Shown here one piece after another: positions 26,228 through 38,860 of a DNA stretch of 64,000 bases. Origin of the DNA: Trichoplax adhaerens. Taxonomy: Eukaryota > Animalia > Placozoa. The position numbers were made by a program, and so were the translations under genes. The notes under the pieces are model-generated. The model saw only the letters and a list, made by a program, of their open reading frames with translations, made no database searches and was not told the DNA's origin. Position 1 is the first letter of the stretch. Every line of letters starts with the position of its first letter. The stretch is from NCBI RefSeq assembly GCF_000150275.1, contig NW_002060944.1, positions 2,208,152 through 2,272,151 on the forward strand. The letters run 5' to 3'.

Positions 26228-29200
26228 ATGGCTGTCTATCAAAGGAAGCACATTTCTAGCATTTTACAAAGTAAGTTCGTTATTATTAAAGTACGTACAG
26301 TATTATAATGTAGTTATTTGTATAAATACTGCATATGCTAAATTGTGATTAATGTCAATTAAGATAAAACTGTTACTGTAGCTCTGATTTCGTTATAATC
26401 ATAATAATTGTACGCATATACGTACCGTACCTACTGGATATACGTACGGATATATCCAGCAAGACCTTTGCAGATCTTGCATCTGCTAAAGAACAGGTCT
26501 ACAACAAGGACGAATTTAATGCTAAGAAAGTATAAAGCTATCGAAGCTGACCAAACGAATAGCTGGACTTATCCTGATATGATACCTAAAAATGAAGGTT
26601 CTTTGATGCTAATATCGTGATATTTGAGTCTTAAAAGTTCATAATCTTAATTAATTGTAATGATTTACGCGTATGCATGCATTAGTACGAGTATTTTCTT
26701 CTTTGATTTGTATTGTTCTATACGAAGTTGCATCTACACCCGAAATCTTAACATCAGAATATCGTCTTCGACGGAATAAGCTCATGTTGTACGTACCATA
26801 CTATACAGAGTTTAAATTAAATAGCCTGTATTATGCCAAGTTTATCTTATTGTGGAGCTATCAGAAAATCATGTGTAATCTTTCAATCAAGAATAAATGT
26901 TAAAAGAAATTGATAAAACAAACAACTTAAAAGATTTATTATACATACATACAGATCTGTAGCGAATGCAACTAAAGATATTGGATCCAAAAAGTATGTT
27001 GCAGTTATCGCTGCGAATCCAGTTTATTATATGGCCCCTGATGTCCCGTTAGTATAATTGAGACCTTCCGTATAATATACCTACACCTTAATAACTGACC
27101 GCAATAAACTATACTGTCATATTACTTGGGAGAGTATGCACGGTCACGCATTATTTTACTGCTAATTAAGTTGCAGTTCATTTTAAACATATGAAAACTA
27201 ATGGGTATTCTTTCCGGAATTGCAGTTATCCCTATAGGCAAAATTCAGATTTTTTATACTTGACCGGTTTCCAAGAGCCAGACGCAGTCTTAGTGTTAGG
27301 TTAAAACATTATTATAGATTGCCAGTTTACTTACGCCTAATAATTCGTTGGTCACTTTTGCATTGATATACGTAGAATCTACTGATCTTACATGTTACAA
27401 AAGCATCTTATTTGTTCGCGAGAAAAACCCTCAGCAGTAAGTATTAATATGACTAGAATTTCTAATAACTATTTAGACGATAATGTTGGTTCTAGTTCTG
27501 TCTATGAGATTCATATTTCTACTGCAATCATTGTAGAGAATTATGGGATGGTCCACGATGTGGAGTTGAAAACGTATCAGAGCTATTCGGTATTGATGAG
27601 GTATCTAAGGGATGAGTTTAAATTGACTGGAACGATTTATATTTCCTTTACTAACTGGCCACTTTCTTGCATAGGGATGCTCTATTAATAAATTACCTGA
27701 GTACTTGAGTGCATGGTTAGCTAATATTGTTATGCTACCCATATTTGTAAAGTTTTAAGGATGTTAGTAGTAATTAGCTTGTTTTCTATTTTTTTACTGA
27801 CGTTGATATGGTATCAGGCATAACTGTACATTCTGGGTAAATAATCTAAGCACAAAGATTCAAAATCTGTTACACAGCTTCCGCAGAGGTACGTTACTAA
27901 ACTTGTAGTGATGAAGGTAGTTATGGGCTTATTAATAAATTTTGAAAGAAATATAATGCAAATCAATCTTGTATTTAGAATATTTTGATTTGAGCAGTTT
28001 CATTCATAGCTTAAGGATAATAAAGTCTAGCTCAGAAATAGACCTTATGAAATTGTCCGCAATTACTGCTTCAAGAGCAATGGCCGAGGTAAATTATCGG
28101 TGATGTTTGATGGGTTGCATGTTACAACTATTTCATACACATTCGATTCTTCGCCCATAGACGATGAAAGCGAGCAATGCCGGCATTAGTGAGGCCTTCT
28201 TACATGCATACTTCGAGTTTGAATGCCGTAAAAATGGAGCGGATGCTTTAGCTTATCCACCTGTTGTTGCTGGAGGGAGAAGAGCGAACATATTACATTA
28301 TACTAAGAATTCGCAGCTGATTGTGTTAGTTCTCATAACATCCAGTAGACATTTATATTCGATATTATGCGGTATCATTAATAGAAAATAATATATACAT
28401 ATATACATATACTGTATATTATTATTATTACAGCATTATTAATAGTAAGTGTTGTTGAAGCCTTTCTAAAAAATCAATTTCAGTTTGAATTTCATCTCTT
28501 TTGCTCGTTAAATAACTGATCCTAACTAAAAAATTAAATGATAAGTAATGTACAATAAGTACTCTTGCTGCATACTTAGTACTCAAAAACATTTTACTGA
28601 AATGCAAGCGTACTTTACATGAGTATTTTAAAGCCTTCAACTGATCCAAGTACATAATTTTGAACCTTTGCTAGGCAAAGTGTAAAATACCATATGTAAG
28701 CTAAATAAATAGTCTTTAAGGTTCGATAATCATAATACAGCAGACTGTATGATGATTGATTATGGTACGTAAATAACGCATGATAATATTTCAAATTTAA
28801 TAATTAGTGATTGTTATATTATTATCGGTCTTAAGATATACAATTTCTTCTATTCCTACTTTAGAGATGACGAATTAGTTCTCGTAGACGCCGGATGTGA
28901 CTATCGCTGTTATTCTAGCGATATAAGTAGAACATGGCCAATTAATGGAAGGTTTAATAGAGCTCAGCGCCAGCTTTATGAAGCCATATTAGATGTTCAA
29001 GAAACTTGCATAAAAGTAGACTATATCAGTTAAATGATATAATATAACAGTACATTCTACTATACTGCAACTGATAACAGTAATTTGATACAGCGTTGCC
29101 TGTATTTGTATCACTTCATGCAGGCCATAATAAATACATATATTTAATAGTTAAAATTTTTATTATAGGCATGTAAACCCGGTATATCACTTAATGATTT

Positions 29201-30135
29201 ATATGTGATAATGCAAAAGCAACTAGAATCCAATGTTGTCGGCAAGTTCATACTACTAGTAATATAGGATTTCACATAATAGTGTATCCATGGACTACTA
29301 AAAAAAGACTTCTTTTAGTAGTCCATAGTGTATCTCATCCATGTTTGAAACTAAAGCAATAAAAATCTTCGAATAGGCGTAGGAATATTTAAAGATTCAT
29401 CTTTAAATAGGGAGAAAATTCGGCTGGTTAATCTTTTGTATCATATGTGTTTATAACTAAATATCAGCTAAATCCACTAAATGTAAACGAAATTCCTATA
29501 TCTTCCTATTTATTTCAAATCAAAGCAGATTTGTAACAACTTATGCCCACATCATGTTGGTCATTATCTTGGAATGGACGTGCACGACACGACGTCAATT
29601 TCTACCACTAAGCAACTTGAGGAACACATGGTAATAACTGTTGAACCTGGTATATATATTCCCCACGATGCCGACTACATTCACACAGAGTAAGTTGACA
29701 TATTGTACTAACGAAACTTTATTGGCTTCAGTTACGTGATAACGAAACTGTATTTTTTCTGAGTGTATCACTTCGTTGAGCTTGTTTAATAAAGGTGGCT
29801 GTGCAAGCTATAGTACGTACTAACATTCTAATGTGTATCAGAAATTATAGCTGAATTAACCTTAATTTCCAGTACGGTACAAGTACTAGCACATCAGAAG
29901 TGTTCCAATTACTTGTACTAGTTGTATTTAGGCTTTATGATACTATCGGCATCACTTTTCAGAAATAATTACAACTCTTCCTGATACTGATGCTTATTGC
30001 CGCATTAGGTTCCGTGGTATAGGAATTCGAATTGAAGATAACCTTTTGATTACCCCAAATAATCACGAAGTAATAACAAGCATGTGCCCGAAGACAGTAA
30101 ATGCCATTGAAGAGACAATGTCGAATCAAAGTTGA
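26228..30135 (+). CDS. XPNPEP3: Xaa-Pro aminopeptidase 3 / mitochondrial intermediate cleaving peptidase Icp55 (M24B), multi-exon
   Basis: [31 protein letters not shown]; ELWDGPRCG; [14 protein letters not shown]; [18 protein letters not shown]; [22 protein letters not shown]; [15 protein letters not shown]; [10 protein letters not shown]; [11 protein letters not shown]. Confidence 0.95.
29290..29328. mobile_element. Tiny palindromic insertion (CATGGACTACTAAAA...TTTTAGTAGTCCAT) with probable target-site duplication
   Basis: Perfect 14-bp inverted repeat around a 9-nt spacer, flanked on both sides by GTGTATC, inside an XPNPEP3 intron. Confidence 0.55.
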
Positions 30136-30643
30136 ATATTAGGATATTTTCGTAGATACTAAATTGTTTAAAAGCAGTATTTGGCGTATCTCTTCGGTGA
30201 TCTGAGTTGTTCGATACAATTGATTTGTAGCGTAATAACTCTGGATAAGAAAATTATCATTTAATTTAATAAATACTCGAATAATATAATAAGTATGCAT
30301 AAGCTATAAAGCAATAAGAAAATTTTAGCACAATATACCAATTCTCATCAATTCGGCAGAATACATATATCGATACCCGCCGGTACCCGGATGATCATAC
30401 TGCAATATTATTCTGTACTTTAACGCACGAGTACAATACTGTAATTTAGCAGAAAAAAGTATCTGCAACGTAATTCCAAATTTCACTAAAGTGAAACGAA
30501 ATTCATAATGTATAATATTCACTTAATTCTAACTTTGCTATTTTTATCATTTTAATCTAACAACTAGTAAATAAGTTATAATGCAATCTTATTCTAAAAT
30601 ATTATAGTATTGTACAATGCTGCACATCAGCAATAGTGCCTCT

Positions 30644-33600
30644 TTAATGTCTGCGGCTTCTCCTGACTTCAAATACTGTAGTATCGTCGTCATCGTCATC
30701 CGTCGGTCCAAGCGGAGCCATCTCCATATCAACGCCAGCAATAACACCATAACTTGAATATTATCAACACAAATTACAATATTTAAGACTAAGAATTTAA
30801 TAACAATTTGTAGCCATGTATCACAAAACTAAAAATAGTAGATTTAGTAGAAGCATGAAGGTATAACTGTACCGTGAGCTACTAAAAATTAAAGGATAGC
30901 ATCTGTATAATATACAACGTCGCAGCTCATAATAAACTCTTACTGACTAATAAGGGATGATTAAAATCATTAAATGTACTGTACGTATTACTATGAAGTG
31001 CCTGGATATTGTGAGAATTGCACATAATATTTATTTAGTGCCTTTACACGAGTTTACACTTTATTTGTACTTTACTAGCCTACAACCCGCTTACTTGGAA
31101 AACGAGAAGTATTCTATACAACATAGCATGTATTACCGTAAATTTACTGAGAACTTCTGCAGCAGACTCAAACCGCAGATAATAGCGCATAAATTTGTAC
31201 TTACTTGGCAATAGCAGAGTAAAAGTACAGTAATATCTAGTGAATCTTATACTATTGTAACAGTATGATTTAAGCCGTGAAATTTTAACGGAAACTAGAC
31301 AGTAACGCTACGTGAGTCTAAAATAATTTCCGAGTTCTAAAGAATCTGCATATATGTTAACTAGTGTTAATACATTTTATGTCAGTAAATACAGTAGTAC
31401 AGTACAGTTTATGTAAAATGATACCGTTTTGTCTTTCGTTTCATTTTTCCAGTGACTGCACGGTATACAAAAAACGCTAGTATAAACACGGAAGCTGCAA
31501 TGAACTAAAATAATAGACACAACACAATAACAACAATAAGTGTAGGAAATTACAGGATGAAAATGCTACATTTGTGTATACTGCCATAGACAACTAGATA
31601 CCGCTACTTTCTGTAATCCATGACATTGCACAGTAAAGTATAAAGACGATAATCTATGAAATTTATGGATTATTACATTACATCTACTCTAGTAATTAAA
31701 TAAATAAATCATAATTTATCAGTCCCAATGGTCAACTCTAACTCTTAGCACTTTTGAAATGTAATACACTACAGTATTGTGTAATCCTATATCCTAAGTC
31801 ATCCTGTATTTCTTTTTCCTCAAATGCTAAACTCAAATAACAATTAATTATTATAGTCCTGCTCATATCTTCATAATTAGATATATTTTTATCGTTTAGA
31901 TCCCCTTATAATGTGTACATTGATACCATTTTTGTAACATCTCGCACAATAGGCTTCATTGGCATTGTAATTAAATATCCAGTATTGCATTTACAGTTAC
32001 TTTCGTACGCATATTAGCATAAACACACAAATTACAGTATGCTGTTTCGCACAAGACAGAAATATATCACAATTAAGCAGATCAAATAAAGAATTTGCTA
32101 TAAATTTAAGTAGGAATGCTCTAGATCATCCATTCAATCTTACACTGCTCTATGCAACCGATCCGCGATTTCGCGCATACATGTACTCATGAAGCACTAG
32201 TGTGCAATTACCATTTACGGTAGTTAATCATTCTAAATCAAGGCCCACTTAACTAAAAACTAAGTTTAGATATTAGAAAGTCATTGGAAAGGAAATAAAG
32301 CATAGCAGTCAGTATGGTTTCATGGATAGTTACAGTTCATGTCAAATCCACTCTGAATTATATTGTAGGTCAGTCGTTTCATAATGATTATATTTCTTGT
32401 AAAAAAATGAATCACTGACTTCAACGCTGATCAAACCGTGAAATAATGCAAAGTAGAATTTCTACATACATTGAATGTTAGACAAGACTACACTTTCACT
32501 ATTTTGCATACGCGTTTACTGGGTGTGCGTAATGCTGATATTACAAATAATGTACACTAGAGACCCTATAAGGGTTAGGATCTCTAATGTATACTACTGG
32601 CAAGTTCTAACTATAAACTCACTTGAGACGCAACAAATATAAGTTTACATTATAATTTGAAATTACCACGTATATAAAAACCATCATCGATACATTTTCT
32701 TCGTCACTATCACCACCAGAACCTGGCGACTTTTGACTGACAGAGCTGGTGACTGTTACTGCTGAGGCGGTAATGGATCTGGTTTCGTCATGAACACTCT
32801 TAGTAGCTGCCTTACTAATACTGCTGGTGATCCTAAGAGATGAAGTTGTAACCGTGATGATCGAGGCGGCATATGTATTTTCCGTCCTACTTAGTGTAGC
32901 TGAGAATCTAGACGACTTTGTATCTGAGGCTACAGCAGAATTCTCACCAATTTTATCTGTTGCCTCTGATAGCATGCCTTGAAATATGGACACTACAGAA
33001 GAATAGCAACAAGGAATGATTAAATAATTATAAATGACAGAAAAATTATAAGGGGATCCCCATAATAACATAATTATAATTTTAGGAATAAAAGGTAAAG
33101 TTGTGATAAAATTAGAATTTATAATTAAGTAGGCTAGGAGAGCACACATTATTTAAAACTATATATTGTCACGCTGCCTCGTAGATTTCGAAATTCAACT
33201 GTAACAGTTAATAAAAACTAATTATAACTAATAGGACTAATAATTTACACGTATAGCATAGACCATAGTATAATACACACTAAGCATTCTTATTACAGTC
33301 TACACAGCGACTAAAAGTTTAGTCACATTTACGTACAGGTTAAGTTTACTTTACAAATCATATTTAATATGTATATACGATCCAATTTTTCGATCATTTT
33401 ACCGGACGTAGCTGCGTACATATGTATTTCAATTAATTGATAGTCAATTTAAATTAATATAATATAATATAATCATTTACGTAACTATTTCTTTATGACA
33501 AAAAGCTGCTCAATACTATTGTACTGTACATCAAAATATTACCGTACAGTACATCGGCATAGTGTAAACGACGAACGATCGATGCATACATATTAATCAG

Positions 33601-33698
33601 ATTATTCTAGAAAAGACATATTCAACGACATATTGTATAGTTCGAGTACCTATAAGTATCAGAGAAATCTTGCTGATTATTTCTTGTCGTAAAGCCAT
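30644..33698 (-). CDS. FAM174: FAM174-family (DUF1180) single-pass membrane protein
   Basis: Signal peptide MALRQEIISKISLILIVSIFQGMLSEA; Ser/Thr-rich stalk; TM FIAASVFILAFFVY; tail KRKTKRYGVIAGVDMEMAPLGPTDDDDDDTTVFEV matches the family pattern R(K/R)YG...EM.PL..DDEDD.T.F. Confidence 0.85.
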
Positions 33699-33799
33699 AG
33701 ATTTGCAGCGACATACGAATATTGTCTCGCATACCAGTAAGGCGCGTCTCCTTCGGTACTGAGGTAACAGTGGTGGTAAATTCGAAACATTCGACAGAT

Positions 33800-34232
33800 A
33801 CTGCTACTGTACTGTACAGTACGCTACTATACTGTACACAGTGTACAGTACTGTATTCTGAAGGTTTAACCATACTGTACAGTGTACTGTACAGTAGTAC
33901 AGTACAGTACAGTACTGTATTATACTGTACTGTACAATATGTACTGTACAGTACAGTGTACAGTAGTGTACTGTACTGTACAGTGTGTAGTGTACTGTTT
34001 CGATATCATCGCACTACTACTAGTGTACTGTACACTGTACAGTACAGTAAGTAGTACAGTAATGCGAAACAAGGAGGAATCAATAAAATTACAGTACTGT
34101 ACTGTACTGTACTGCACTAACACAGTACAGTACAACGACTTTTCGTACGGTGGCTGCAGTACTGTGCAGTACAGTAAAGACATCGGACTATCGGAGTCAA
34201 ACATCACTCCGAACTACAGTACTGTACTGTAC
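33800..34232. promoter_or_regulatory. FAM174/PSMD12 bidirectional promoter with (GTACW)n array
   Basis: Nearly continuous pentamer tract between ATGs at 33698(-) and 34343(+). Confidence 0.7.
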
Positions 34233-34342
34233 TAGTGGAAATCTAAATTGCAATCGAAACTCAAGCGTGGAGTAGCAGTCGTACATTTTATTAAACCTTA
34301 TCTGCGATATAGAATAGAAAATTAAAAATTTCTGTAATCTTA

Positions 34343-36899
34343 ATGATGGAGGTGGATATTACCCAAAATTCTAATGAAAAGTTGCAAGAATGTGAAAAAC
34401 TTGCTAAAGTAAGTGTTATTAGATCTAAGAGATTGTGCTACTACAATAATACAGTACAATAATCTCTTATTCTAAACGATTTAAATTTTTTTACTTCAAC
34501 TTTAGGAAGGTAAATTAAATGAAGCTTTAGAAATTCTGTATGTTATTGAAAAACATGCTAGGACGGTAAGAAATTAACTTCACCTAACCACAGTGCCGTG
34601 CTGTGAGGATTCTACATATCTTTTAATACTATAAGTGTAAAATTTCCACATTATCTTCGGGTCACTCTGCTTACTGTAACAAAAGAAAGATCAGTTCTCA
34701 AGTTACTTTTAATTTTTATGAAAAAGTCTGTAAGAGCAGACAATTATTCCCTTACAATTTTAAATTTTTCGCAAATACATACTCGGTTTTCTTATAAGTG
34801 AAAAGTTAGTCCTAAATAAGAATACTGCAGATTTGCACTCATGGTTAGAGCAATACAGTATATACTGTATATTATTATATAATCCATTCCGGACTTGATG
34901 TACTGTACTCTACGTGTACAGTACAGTACTGCATAACGAAGCTAGAATATTTCTAATCAAACACCTCCTTAGCCTAATATCTAGATTCTAAGCAGAGATA
35001 ATTGTCAACTTATTATGTATCTTTGCTGATATTAACTAACTCTAGGCTTGTGATGCCCCTGCAACAGCTCGTATATTAGTTTCTATAATTAGACTTTGCT
35101 TCCAGGCAGCGGAATGGGATATGCTGAACGAAAACATCGTCTTGTTAACCAAAAGACGAAGTCAGTTGAAACAGGTATTAATAACATGTTAAACTTAAAC
35201 CAATCAAGATTTGATGGTACGCCCTCTAGATGAATATCATATATAATTATTTTTCTGCTAATGCTTATATCTAAATGTCTACGTATAGGCTGTTGCTAAA
35301 ATGGTTCAAGAAGCCTTCACCTTCGTCGATCAAACGCCCGCTGGGGCAATTAAATTAAAATTAATTGAGGTTTTGAGACAAGTAACGGATGGGAAGGTGA
35401 GATGTAATTTATATTTTGAATTGTTCCGAATTCCTCGATGCAACTACTATATCTTTATGATGATTAACTAAAACGCAGATCTACGTTGAAGTTGAAAGAG
35501 CAAGACTGACTAGAATACTATCTGAGATGAAGGAAAAGGAAGGAAATATCGATGAAGCAGCTCGATTATTACAGGAATTGCAAGTTGAAACATACGGCTC
35601 TATGGACAAGCGTGAAAAAGTGGAATTTATTTTAGAACAGATGCGTCTTTGCCTTGCCAGGAAGGATTACATTCGTGCGCAAATCATCAGCAAAAAAATC
35701 AGCCCTAAATTTTTCTCAAATGACGAGGCACAAGTAAATCATCATTCTCTTCTTTCGTTAGCGACATACTGAAGGCTACTAGATTTTTTTAATTTTCTTA
35801 TAAATCATAGGATTTAAAGTTGAAGTTTTACGAATTGAGTATAAGCCTTGCTGAAGCTGATTCCGCTTATATTAAAGTATGCCAGTACTATTCAGAAATT
35901 TATAATACGCCGATAATTAGGGAATCTGAAAACAAGTGGAAAGAGGTAACAGAGATGAACTTCTGATGTAATTGCAAATTTAGATCTGAACCTTTTGCGA
36001 ACAGTCTTTTTGATATATAATTACGACAAATGCTAGGCCTTACAAAAGATGGTAATATATGGTATATTGACTCCCTCGAGTCACGACCAGAAGCAAATGA
36101 TACTTCGCATCAGTCAAGATAAAAATCTAGAAAAGATTTTGAAATATAAGTAAGATGTTAATTCTTGTTGGTCACAATTTTCGAACGTCTTCATCAATGC
36201 AGTACTATTCTATACGATGTTAATATCGTTGGTACTAACCAAACAATTTCTTGTACCTAGAGAGTTACTGGACTGTTTCATTAGTCAAGAAATCGTACTT
36301 TGGAATTCCATTACAACGAGGTTTCAAGAAGTAATTTTAAAAGGCTGCGAAGAATCGCCTAACACGAATCTCTTTGAGACTGATACAGATGATGGTCGAA
36401 AGCGATGGGCGAGTCTTAAAGAGAGAGTAGTGGAACATGTCAGTTTCGATTTTATTCAAGCTTCGGAATATTTTATTGATAAGATAATTACAACGACCTA
36501 ATATTTATACATTGCTAACTTTCAGAATATAATCGTGATAGCAAGTTACTATACTTCAATCAAACTGGGTCGACTAGCTGAACTATTACATTTAACGGTT
36601 GCGGTATGTATTTTTTAGTTATCCAATCTTATTTTTGATTATTAAAAATATCGTTATGTTGGAGATAGGAAACAGAAACATTTATATCAAATCTGGTCAT
36701 TTCAAGAACTATATTTGCCAGAATTGACAGACCTGCTGGCATTGTAAATTTTATTAAGATTTGCGAGCCAGATCTGAAGCTGAATGAATGGTCTACGAAA
36801 ACACGTAACCTAATGGGTTTAATAAATAAAACGACCTACATGATTAACAGGGAAGAAATGCTTAAGGCGAAGGGTAATAACCTCATCCTAACAGATTAA
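34343..36899 (+). CDS. PSMD12: 26S proteasome lid subunit Rpn5, multi-exon
   Basis: MMEVDITQ...ECEKLAK|[20 protein letters not shown]; [24 protein letters not shown]; [16 protein letters not shown]; [28 protein letters not shown]; [17 protein letters not shown]; [14 protein letters not shown]. Confidence 0.96.
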
Positions 36900-38860
36900 A
36901 CTCCTATCTGAAACGACATTTTTATCATTAATTCCTGTTTATGATATCATAGTGTATAGTTATAGAATTGAAGTTTATTCTTGAGTTCATTAACACATAT
37001 CTATGTTTTATACGCGCTTTACGCAATTGTTAATCCTAGAAGTAGCAGCTCAGAGCTAACAATCAACTGTTACATGATAGCTCTGAGGTAGTTATTCTCT
37101 TTTCAGAACGATACAACAGGACTTAAGTATAATTTATGGGTTTTGTTACAGTATGGTATATAGTTGACTGATCTAGCGCTAATTGTTCACAGTAGGGTAG
37201 TGTGTTCTAGGACAGGTAATAAAATGCTTGCTTAAGCCTTGAATTCCTATGCTCTTAAAAGTTATATGTGTACAGTGTAGCACGCATGTAACTACCATAC
37301 GTAACTGGTATGTAAGAAAATAACAGCTGTTATAGAGCGCACCGCTATATGCAGTATGTGTAGCGGGAACGCTATAAAATTAAGAAAAACTATTAAGTAA
37401 ATTTTGGGGCAATTACAGCTTCAGTATAGCATAAATTGAGATTAATTCAATTGAAAGTCTCCTATCAATTTAAAAGTAAAAATAATTAGAATTATCGACA
37501 GTTTAATAGTCATATAGATCAGAAGACTAGCAAAGAAGCGGTCAGATATTAAATCGAAAATGTGACTTAGTAAATTGCACTATTTCTATGAATTAATAGT
37601 TGAAAACTTCAGCTACTTACCCTGTGTAATATCGTTTCCACAGTAATTTTAGTCCACAGAGGAATCCAGTACTATAAAAGCTTTTTATTACAAGGTTCTA
37701 AAGAATAGTACAGCAATAATTAATTACTCACAAGAATCTAGTCTAAAGTAATCTGAGCTCAATTAGATATCAAATCTTTTCTCCTCCTTTACGCTCAGAT
37801 TTGTACGCCTTATATACTTTTCTCTGAATCTATTTAAGGCAATAACATCGTCTACAATCAGACATGAATCATCACTACATTTTACAGTATTAATCAAACT
37901 GCTTACAATATTATTACTTTACCATTAATGTCCAACACCGTAAGGTATTGGGCATCTTTACAATCTTAGTATTTCAAGTCGTATAACGTCCTGTACCATA
38001 ATTAGTTAACAGCTATATTAGTGAATAACACTTTCTAATATAGTAGTTACCAGTCACCTAAATCTAGCAGCACAAGAATATCTATTTTTAGAAACTTAAC
38101 TATTCTAAATATAGTACACAACACAATCAAATATAGCTATCGCTACAAGCAAATATAGGGTGCATCACTACACCCTGTTACCTTATTAATATTCAATAAG
38201 TAGGTGAGCTGATCTGCCTACTTTTCTAAATGCAATTGCAAATTCAGTGAGACTTACACAGACCTACCGTACATGACCCAATACGATCGAGCATCTTATC
38301 GAAATACTATGTTATCTGTACTTAATGCTAACGTTCGCAGGATGTTCGAACTAGACTTCAACTACCAATAAACGGTGGACAGTAAAATTATTATGCGCTA
38401 CATCAACATTAATAGACAACACTTGAAACGAATAGAAACCAAACTGCCGAAACGCTAAGCCACTAGAACGCTTTGCACTACGTGTAGTTATTTATTTTAA
38501 AATTACTGATACAATAGTAGGTAATCCTTGACAGCAGGACGTTATCCTTTTATTATTTTATAAGTAAAAACTGATACAGGTCACAAGTTCAGTAATCTTG
38601 TTTCAGTGGCTGTACATAAATACAACAATGTACTGCAATCTATAACAAATTTCCTATTCATTAAAATAGGTATTGGTGGTAGACCATGATAAGACGACGT
38701 CATGATTTAAACAAACTTTGCATAATGTGCACGAGGTAACATTCGGGAATCGCACATACCGAATGTTACCATATATACAATATTATACTCTCTTGAATGC
38801 TTAATAACAATTAAACAAAACCAAAGATGGGGGTTGAAATATTGTTTCAATTGTCAGAAT

